In this document: positions 53,501 to 64,000 of the stretch, piece by piece | Numbering within the stretch: the first letter of the stretch is position 1 | Layout of the letters: each line of letters starts with the position of its first letter | From: Balanoglossus misakiensis | Lineage: Eukaryota > Animalia > Hemichordata | Length of the DNA stretch: 64,000 nt | Assembly (NCBI GenBank): GCA_040954595.2 | Contig: CM082591.2 | Location: 10,185,309-10,249,308, forward strand | Direction: 5' to 3' | Position numbers and translations under genes: made by a program | The notes under the pieces: model-generated | What the model saw: only the letters and a program-made list of their open reading frames with translations | Database searches by the model: none | What the model was told of the DNA's origin: nothing

Positions 53501-56500
53501 TTAAAGAAATCAAACGGTTTTGTTTTGGCCGGTAAACACCGATGGATTAACTCTTAAGTCCATCGTGCATCCAAACGCAGTCGAGTCGGTTTGGTCATTG
53601 TTTATGCGACAGTAAATGCCAAATGTGACAGAAGCATCATATTAAATGAGATAGAATACACAAACAAACAAACATACGAATAAACAAACAGGCAAACAAA
53701 CAAACAAACAACCATTAGGGACTGTTCAGAATTTACTTCCAAGTTGGGGATGGAGGATTTTTTATTTTCCTGGTGATTTTTTTCCATGGTCTCCCCTAGT
53801 AAATTGTGGAGGAAATATGTGGTCCCTCCTTAAATTTCCTGGGGATTTTCCATGGTCCCCCTATTGTGACTTTTATGTCTAGTCTCCCCTAATTTGTCTT
53901 GGAGAAAATGGGTGGTCCCCCCCCTCTGAAAATTCTCCGCCCCCTGGAAGTAAATTCTGAACAGTCCCTTATTAAAGCCAACAGCTAGCACCCTGGCTTC
54001 TCTGCCAGAGGAGCGATAACATCGACAAAATGCAGATACACAAGAAATGAGCACTTTATTCCACAAGTGAAGTAGTCTGTTCCCTGCCCCATTCCCACCG
54101 CTGGCTGCGCCCTTTAGCGTAGCGCCGATGGCAGTGGGAATGGGGCAGGGGACCAGACTACAAGTGAAGAACCCCAGTAACAGACGTAACGAACAAACAA
54201 ACTACATGTACTAACAACAAAGCAAGAAAAGTGTCAAGCGTCGTCAAAGAAAACGAAAAAGTTCTAGCATGGTTGGTAAAAGTTATTGGTAGAAAACGAA
54301 TAGGGCCTTCTACAAATGACGTCTCAGACCCGCAAACGCCACCAGAACACAAAACACATGCACAGAACAGTTTAAGCCGGTTTTTGTATGGAGCAGCAAT
54401 AATCTGCGGTTGGGCCGTCGTAGATTTTCGCTGGTGGTGAAAATAAATAAAACACGATCGATGTTCGATTTATTCCAGATCACATGCGTTTACGGCCAGG
54501 AGAGAGCATAAAAGTCTTCAAATGACCATGTGGTGGCGCACTTTTTCCGATTGGCTGTATTTCAATTTGTTCGTGGTAAATTAATTTTGTGGAGGTGACC
54601 GGCACTGAAGCTCTTAGCTAGGATGAGGTGGGATGGAAAAATGCCCCATTTTAGCTGTTTTAAAATATACGACTATTTACAGACAAAAGGAAAATAAAAC
54701 AAGCGCAAAAACATACCAAACCTAGTTTTATTAATTAAAAACAAAATTGCTGAGTAAAGGTTTTCATGTGGGCATTCACTTTGAACTTGCTAAATTAATT
54801 TAAAGAGACAAAGTCGCTCTCTCTTTGTCCTTTTGCGATGATAGAATGCTTGCTTGAATTCTCTCGTGCAATAAATGATGTCGATTCATACATGTATGGA
54901 TGGTGTATAGGTGGTCGGAATTTACATGTCTTTGCCACGTAAAATCAAAGTTTGGGTCATGAAATCGAGTTTTGTTACAGTCTAGAATTTCATGCCACCA
55001 CTTATGGTCATATTATTCTTGGTAGGCAAAAGTGACAAGTAGTCAAGTTTCAACACATGCAACATTTTTTACAAACAAACCACAAAGAAGACATCAAAAG
55101 GGAGAGAATTATAGAATGGTCAATGTGTGAAAAGTTAAGATACGTAAAGTGGCCGGGTTCAACATTAACTCATCGACTTCATATCGTCTTCATGCCATGG
55201 TTTTTGCCTGCCCTGAAAGTTCTTGTCGTTGCAGAAGTGGTTTTGACAGAAAGAATTTAGTCTTCCGGGATGTTTGTGATTATTTGAACACCAGACAATA
55301 CAATGCAACCTTGACTTCCAAAATACTTACCGGCATTGCATTATCTTACCATGGTTAGGCCTACAGTGAACAAATTTTCAACAATATTTTCTGAGTTACC
55401 GCTGATATTTGTTTTGTAGTATGGATATTAAATTATACATCCCGATACAAATCAGAATGTTATAGAATCCTTCCTGAGTGATATTGAAAAAATTACCGGA
55501 ATGCTACCGCCTAATCTATGGTTAGGGTTATTGCTATTATTTTATATCAGTAATCGACTTTGTGTATATCAATGTCATTTTCATAACGAAAATGAACTCG
55601 AGTCTAATGTAAACGTTACGAATTGATCGAAAGCCGCTCTGATGAATGTTAACACGAGTGCGCAGTGACAAGACATGCATCGTGCGTGACAGTGACAACA
55701 GTTCATATAGAGCAGTTAAAAAATAAACCGGCCGTCCGTAAATTTATCAGCTATTTTTTTTTATTTAGTCACGTTTTCCCTGTTGCATGCTATTAGTTCA
55801 GGGGCCAGTTTTAGCAGTGCTCTATTGAGTACTTTCGTATCGATGGATTGATCTCTCGTCCAATCAGAATGGCGGATGGTAGCATGATCCGACATATTGA
55901 GTATTACAATAGGGCTTCCTCATACAGGTCAGAACGGCGAGGTCATTCCTTTTATTTTAGGACGTCTCAGCTCCTTTGTCTTTTCTGTTATAGTGTTAAA
56001 GAAATCAAACGGTTTTGTTTTGGCCGGTAAACACCGATGGATTAACTCTTAAGTCCATCGTGCATCCAAACGCAGTCGAGTCGGTTTGGTCATTGTTTAT
56101 GCGACAGTAAATGCCAAATGTGACAGAAGCATCATATTAAATGAGATAGAATACACAAACAAACAAACATACGAATAAACAAACAGGCAAACAAACAAAC
56201 AAACAACCATTAGGGACTGTTCAGAATTTACTTCCAAGTTGGGGATGGAGGATTTTTTATTTTCCTGGTGATTTTTTTCCATGGTCTCCCCTAGTAAATT
56301 GTGGAGGAAATATGTGGTCCCTCCTTAAATTTCCTGGGGATTTTCCATGGTCCCCCTATTGTGACTTTTATGTCTAGTCTCCCCTAATTTGTCTTGGAGA
56401 AAATGGGTGGTCCCCCCCCTCTGAAAATTCTCCGCCCCCTGGAAGTAAATTCTGAACAGTCCCTTATTAAAGCCAACAGCTAGCACCCTGGCTTCTCTGC

Positions 56501-59500
56501 CAGAGGAGCGATAACATCGACAAAATGCAGATACACAAGAAATGAGCACTTTATTCCACAAGTGAAGTAGTCTGTTCCCTGCCCCATTCCCACCGCTGGC
56601 TGCGCCCTTTAGCGTAGCGCCGATGGCAGTGGGAATGGGGCAGGGGACCAGACTACAAGTGAAGAACCCCAGTAACAGACGTAACGAACAAACAAACTAC
56701 ATGTACTAACAACAAAGCAAGAAAAGTGTCAAGCGTCGTCAAAGAAAACGAAAAAGTTCTAGCATGGTTGGTAAAAGTTATTGGTAGAAAACGAATAGGG
56801 CCTTCTACAAATGACGTCTCAGACCCGCAAACGCCACCAGAACACAAAACACATGCACAGAACAGTTTAAGCCGGTTGTTGTATGGAGCAGCAATAATCT
56901 GCGGTTGGGCCGTCGTAGATTTTCGCTGGTGGTGAAAATAAATAAAACACGATCGATGTTCGATTTATTCCAGATCACATGCGTTTACGGCCAGGAGAGA
57001 GCATAAAAGTCTTCAAATGACCATGTGGTGGCGCACTTTTTCCGATTGGCTGTATTTCAATTTGTTCGTGGTAAATTAATTTTGTGGAGGTGACCGGCAC
57101 TGAAGCTCTTAGCTAGGATGAGGTGGGATGGAAAAATGCCCCATTTTAGCTGTTTTAAAATATACGACTATTTATAGACAAAAGGAAAATAAAACAAGCG
57201 CAAAAACATACCAAACCTAGTTTTATTAATTAAAAACAAAATTGCTGAGTAAAGGTTTTCATGTGGGCATTCACTTTGAACTTGCTAAATTAATTTAAAG
57301 AGACAAAGTCGCTCTCTCTTTGTCCTTTTGCGATGATAGAATGCTTGCTTGAAGTCTCTCGTGCAATAAATTATGTCGATTCATACATGTATGGATGGTG
57401 TATAGGTGGTCGGAATTTACATGTCTTTGCCACGACCAAACCAACAACACGTAAAATCAAAGTTTGGGTCATGAAATCGAGTTTTGTTACAGTCTGGAAT
57501 TTCATGCCACCCCTTATGGTCATATTATTCTTGGTAGGCAAAAGTGACAAGTAGTCAAGTTTCAACACAGGCAACATTTTTTACAAACAAACCACAAAGA
57601 AGACATCAAAAGGGAGAGAATTATAGAATGGTCAATGTGTGAAAAGTTAAGATACGTAAAGTGGCCGGGTTCAACATTAACTCATCGACTTCATATCGTC
57701 TTCATGCCATGGTTTTTGCCTGCCCTGAAAGTTCTTGTCGTTGCAGAAGTGGTTTTGACAGAAAGAATTTAGTCTTCCGGGATGTTTGTGATTATTTGAA
57801 CACCAGACAATACAATGCAACCTTGACTTCCAAAATACTTACCGGCATTGCATTATCTTACCATGGTTAGGCCTACGGTGAACAAATTTTCAAAAATATT
57901 TTCTGAGTTACCGCTGATATTTGTTTTGTAGTATGGATATTAAATTATACATCCCGATACATAGCAGAATGTTATAGAATCCTTCCTGAGTGATATTGAA
58001 AAAATTACCGGAATGCTACCGCCTAATCTATGGTTAGGGTTATTGCTATTATTTTATATCAGTAATCGACTTTGTGTATATCAATGTCATTTTCATAACG
58101 AAAATGAACTCGAGTCTAATGTAAACGTTACGAATTGATCGAAAGGCGCTCTGATGAATGTTAACACGAGTGCGCAGTGACAAGACATGCATCGTGCATG
58201 ACAGTGACAACAGTTCCTATAGAGCAGTTAAAAAATAAACCGGCCGTCCGTAAATTTATCAGCTATATTTTTTTTTATTTAGTCACGTTTTTCCTGTTGC
58301 ATGCTATTAGTTCAGGGGCCAGTTTTAGCAGTGCTCTATTGAGTACTTTCGTATCGATGGATTGATCTCTCGTCCAATCAGAATGGCGGATGGTAGCATG
58401 ATCCGACATATTGCGTATTACAATAGGGCTTCCTCATACAGGTCAGAACGGCGAGGTCATTCCTTTTATTTTAGGACGTCTCAGCTCCTTTGTCTTTTCT
58501 GTTATAGTGTTAAAGAAATCAAACGGTTTTGTTTTGGCCGGTAAACACCGATGGATTAACTCTTAAGTCCATCGTGCATCCAAACGCAGTCGAGTCGGTT
58601 TGGTCATTGTTTATGCGACAGTAAATGCCAAATGTGACAGAAGCATCATATTAAATGAGATAGAATACACAAACAAACAAACATACGAATAAACAAACAG
58701 GCAAACAAACAACCATTAGGGACTGCTCAGAATTTACTTCCAAGTTGGGGATGGAGGATTTTTTATTTTCCTGGTGATTTTTTTCCATGGTCTCCCCTAG
58801 TAAATTGTGGAGGAAATATGTGGTCCCTCCTTAAATTTCCTGGGGATTTTCCATGGTCCCCCTATTGTGACTTTTATGTCTAGTCTCCCCTAATTTGTCT
58901 TGGAGAAAATGGGTGGTCCCCCCCCCTCTGAAAATTCTCCGCCCCCCTGGAAGTAAATTCTGAACAGTCCCTTATTAAAGCCAACAGCTAGCACCCTGGC
59001 TTCTCTGCCAGAGGAGCGATAACATCGACAAAATGCAGATACACAAGAAATGAGCACTTTATTCCACAAGTGAAGTAGTCTGTTCCCTGCCCCATTCCCA
59101 CCGCTGGCTGCGCCCTTTAGCGTAGCGCCGATGGCAGTGGGAATGGGGCAGGGGACCAGACTACAAGTGAAGAACCCCAGTAACAGACGTAACGAACAAA
59201 CAAACTACATGTACTAACAACAAAGCAAGAAAAGTGTCAAGCGTCGTCATAGAAAACGAAAAAGTTCTAGCATGGTTGGTAAAAGTTATTGGTAGAAAAC
59301 GAATAGGGCCTTCTACAAATGACGTCTCAGACCCGCAAACGCCACCAGAACACAAAACACATGCACAGAACAGTTTAAGCCGGTTGTTGTATGGAGCAGC
59401 AATAATCTGCGGTTGGGCCGTCGTAGATTTTCGCTGGTGGTGAAAATAAATAAAACACGATCGATGTTCGATTTATTCCAGATCACATGCGTTTACGGCC

Positions 59501-62500
59501 AGGAGAGAGCATAAAAGTCTTCAAATGACCATGTGGTGGCGCACTTTTTCCGATTGGCTGTATTTCAATTTGTTCGTGGTAAATTAATTTTGTGGAGGTG
59601 ACCGGCACTGAAGCTCTTAGCTAGGATGAGGTGGGATGGAAAAATGCCCCATTTTAGCTGTTTTAAAATATACGACTATTTATAGACAAAAGGAAAATAA
59701 AACAAGCGCAAAAACATACCAAACCTAGTTTTATTAATTAAAAACAAAATTGCTGAGTAAAGGTTTTCATGTGGGCATTCACTTTGAACTTGCTAAATTA
59801 ATTTAAAGAGACAAAGTCGCTCTCTCTTTGTCCTTTTGCGATGATAGAATGCTTGCTTGAAGTCTCTCGTGCAATAAATTATGTCGATTCATACATGTAT
59901 GGATGGTGTATAGGTGGTCGGAATTTACATGTCTTTGCCACGACCAAACCAACAACACGTAAAATCAAAGTTTGGGTCATGAAATCGAGTTTTGTTACAG
60001 TCTGGAATTTCATGCCACCCCTTATGGTCATATTATTCTTGGTAGGCAAAAGTGACAAGTAGTCAAGTTTCAACACAGGCAACATTTTTTACAAACAAAC
60101 CACAAAGAAGACATCAAAAGGGAGAGAATTATAGAATGGTCAATGTGTGAAAAGTTAAGATACGTAAAGTGGCCGGGTTCAACATTAACTCATCGACTTC
60201 ATATCGTCTTCATGCCATGGTTTTTGCCTGCCCTGAAAGTTCTTGTCGTTGCAGAAGTGGTTTTGACAGAAAGAATTTAGTCTTCCGGGATGTTTGTGAT
60301 TATTTGAACACCAGACAATACAATGCAACCTTGACTTCCAAAATACTTACCGGCATTGCATTATCTTACCATGGTTAGGCCTACAGTGAACAAATTTTCA
60401 ACAATATTTTCTGAGTTACCGCTGATATTTGTTTTGTAGTATGGATATTAAATTATACATCCCGATACATAGCAGAATGTTATAGAATCCTTCCTGAGTG
60501 ATATTGAAAAAATTACCGGAATGCTACCGCCTAATCTATGGTTAGGGTTATTGCTATTATTTTATATCAGTAATCGACTTTGTGTATATCAATGTCATTT
60601 TCATAACGAAAATGAACTCGAGTCTAATGTAAACGTTACGAATTGATCGAAAGGCGCTCTGATGAATGTTAACACGAGTGCGCAGTGACAAGACATGCAT
60701 CGTGCATGACAGTGACAACAGTTCCTATAGAGCAGTTAAAAAATAAACCGGCCGTCCGTAAATTTATCAGCTATATTTTTTTTTATTTAGTCACGTTTTT
60801 CCTGTTGCATGCTATTAGTTCAGGGGCCAGTTTTAGCAGTGCTCTATTGAGTACTTTCGTATCGATGGATTGATCTCTCGTCCAATCAGAATGGCGGATG
60901 GTAGCATGATCCGACATATTGCGTATTACAATAGGGCTTCCTCATACAGGTCAGAACGGCGAGGTCATTCCTTTTATTTTAGGACGTCTCAGCTCCTTTG
61001 TCTTTTCTGTTATAGTGTTAAAGAAATCAAACGGTTTTGTTTTGGCCGGTAAACACCGATGGATTAACTCTTAAGTCCATCGTGCATCCAAACGCAGTCG
61101 AGTCGGTTTGGTCATTGTTTATGCGACAGTAAATGCCAAATGTGACAGAAGCATCATATTAAATGAGATAGAATACACAAACAAACAAACATACGAATAA
61201 ACAAACAGGCAAACAAACAACCATTAGGGACTGCTCAGAATTTACTTCCAAGTTGGGGATGGAGGATTTTTTATTTTCCTGGTGATTTTTTTCCATGGTC
61301 TCCCCCAGTAAATTGTGGAGGAAATATGTGGTCCCTCCTTAAATTTCCTGGGGATTTTCCATGGTCCCCCTATTGTGACTTTTATGTCTAGTCTCCCCTA
61401 ATTTGTCTTGGAGAAAATGGGTGGTCCCCCCCCCTCTGAAAATTCTCCGCCCCCCTGGAAGTAAATTCTGAACAGTCCCTTATTAAAGCCAACAGCTAGC
61501 ACCCTGGCTTCTCTGCCAGAGGAGCGATAACATCGACAAAATGCAGATACACAAGAAATGAGCACTTTATTCCACAAGTGAAGTAGTCTGTTCCCTGCCC
61601 CATTCCCACCGCTGGCTGCGCCCTTTAGCGTAGCGCCGATGGCAGTGGGAATGGGGCAGGGGACCAGACTACAAGTGAAGAACCCCAGTAACAGACGTAA
61701 CGAACAAACAAACTACATGTACTAACAACAAAGCAAGAAAAGTGTCAAGCGTCGTCAAAGAAAACGAAAAAGTTCTAGCATGGTTGGTAAAAGTTATTGG
61801 TAGAAAACGAATAGGGCCTTCTACAAATGACGTCTCAGACCCGCAAACGCCACCAGAACACAAAACACATGCACAGAACAGTTTAAGCCGGTTGTTGTAT
61901 GGAGCAGCAATAATCTGCGGTTGGGCCGTCGTAGATTTTCGCTGGTGGTGAAAATAAATAAAACACGATCGATGTTCGATTTATTCCAGATCACATGCGT
62001 TTACGGCCAGGAGAGAGCATAAAAGTCTTCAAATGACCATGTGGTGGCGCACTTTTTCCGATTGGCTGTATTTCAATTTGTTCGTGGTAAATTAATTCTG
62101 TGGAGGTGACTGGCACTGAAGCTCTTAGCTAGGATGAGGTGGGATGGAAAAATGCCCCATTTTAGCTGTTTTAAAATATACGACTATTTATAGACAAAAG
62201 GAAAATAAAACAAGCGCAAAAACATACCAAACCTAGTTTTATTAATTAAAAACAAAATTGCTGAGTAAAGGTTTTCATGTGGGCATTCACTTTGAACTTG
62301 CTAAATTAATTTAAAGAGACAAAGTCGCTCTCTCTTTGTCCTTTTGCGATGATAGAATGCTTGCTTGAAGTCTCTCGTGCAATAAATGATGTCGATTCAT
62401 ACATGTATGGATGGTGTATAGGTGGTCGGAATTTACATGTCTTTGCCACGACCAAACCAACAACACGTAAAATCAAAGTTTGGGTCATGAAATCGAGTTT

Positions 62501-63671
62501 TGTTACAGTCTAGAATTTCATGCCACCCCTTATGGTCATATTATTCTTGGTAGGCAAAAGTGACAAGTAGTCAAGTTTCAACACAGGCAACATTTTTTAC
62601 AAACAAACCACAAAGAAGACATCAAAAGGGAGAGAATTATAGAATGGTCAATGTGTGAAAAGTTAAGATACGTAAAGTGGCCGGGTTCAACATTAACTCA
62701 TCGACTTCATATCGTCTTCATGCCATGGTTTTTGCCTGCCCTGAAAGTTCTTGTCGTTGCAGAAGTGGTTTTGACAGAAAGAATTTAGTCTTCCGGGATG
62801 TTTGTGATTATTTGAACACCAGAAAATACAATGCAACCTTGACTTCCAAAATACTTACCGGCATTGCATTATCTTACCATGGTTAGGCCTACAGTGAACA
62901 AATTTTCAACAATATTTTCTGAGTTACCGCTGATATTTGTTTTGTAGTATGGATATTAAATTATACATCCCTATACAAAGCAGAATGTTATAGAATCCTT
63001 CCTGAGTGATATTGAAAAAATTACCGGAATGCTACCGCCTAATCTATGGTTAGGGTTATTGCTATTATTTTATATCAGTAATCGACTTTGTGTATATCAA
63101 TGTCATTTTCATAACGAAAATGAACTCGAGTCTAATGTAAACGTTACGAATTGATCGAAAGGCGCTCTGATGAATGTTAACACGAGTGCGCAGTGACAAG
63201 ACATGCATCGTGCATGACAGTGACAACAGTTCCTATAGAGCAGTTAAAAAATAAACCGGCCGTCCGTAAATTTATCAGCTATATTTTTTTTTATTTAGTC
63301 ACGTTTTTCCTGTTGCATGCTATTAGTTCAGGGGCCAGTTTTAGCAGTGCTCTATTGAGTACTTTCGTATCGATGGATTGATCTCTCGTCCAATCAGAAT
63401 GGCGGATGGTAGCATGATCCGACATATTGCGTATTACAATAGGGCTTCCTCATACAGGTCAGAACGGCGAGGTCATTCCTTTTATTTTAGGACGTCTCAG
63501 CTCCTTTGTCTTTTCTGTTATAGTGTTAAAGAAATCAAACGGTTTTGTTTTGGCCGGTAAACACCGATGGATTAACTCTTAAGTCCATCGTGCATCCAAA
63601 CGCAGTCGAGTCGGTTTGGTCATTGTTTATGCGACAGTAAATGCCAAATGTGACAGAAGCATCATATTAAA
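38589..63671. repeat. Macrosatellite array 2: same ~2.51-kb unit, 11 marker copies, three carrying large deletions
   Basis: Marker at 39204, 41716, 44021, 46534, 49046, 50848, 52653, 55149, 57661, 60169 and 62677. Confidence 0.97.
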
Positions 63672-64000
63672 ATATAGCTGCAAGCAGCGATAGCGGGCCC
63701 AAGCCGAAATAGCACATAGCAACATAGCAATAAGCAATACTGTTGGGTGCTTATTCGTGTGAAATATAAAGTTATGATGCTGTTAATTTATGTAGGAATT
63801 TTCATTCATGTCAGTTTAAGGTGGAAGGTCCTGTGAGGTCACTGTAAATTTGGGGCAAAAAGTGTGGACCCCCATACTGGTGTATGTGAAACAAAAACCA
63901 AACTCTACTTGCACTGGTTAGCGTGGAATTAGGTATGTACATAATTTATGAGATAGGCAGGTGTAGCAGGTGCCTTGCAAATGAAGCTTGTCATTTTTGG
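63672..64000. mobile_element. Head of an H1-related HINE element interrupting the macrosatellite
   Basis: agctgcaagcagcgatagcgggcccaagc, followed by core motifs (ccccatactgg, aacaaaaaccaaac) shared with 126-330. Confidence 0.75.

Overview
AT-rich animal genomic DNA. The repeat families and frequent TACATGTA suggest a marine invertebrate, possibly a hemichordate; this is inference only. No intact protein-coding gene is supportable, and the listed ORFs are by-products of repeats. Layout: (1) 1-4184, a nested stack of Helentron-associated (HINE/DINE-1-like) elements. (2) 4184-13015 and 38589-63671, two arrays (~3.5 and ~10.5 units) of one ~2.51-kb macrosatellite whose unit carries frozen MITEs and shows microhomology deletions. 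(3) ~13.0-34.3 kb, a TE-rich island. It contains a ~6.4-kb tandem duplication and a chain of short plus-strand exons with strong splice signals, which appears to be a spliced non-coding RNA. (4) 34.3-38.6 kb, a 78/82/86-bp satellite with higher-order structure. The best lead is the exon chain: paralogous exons A and B are mutually complementary and, once spliced, fold into a long hairpin whose apical stem spans the splice junction.
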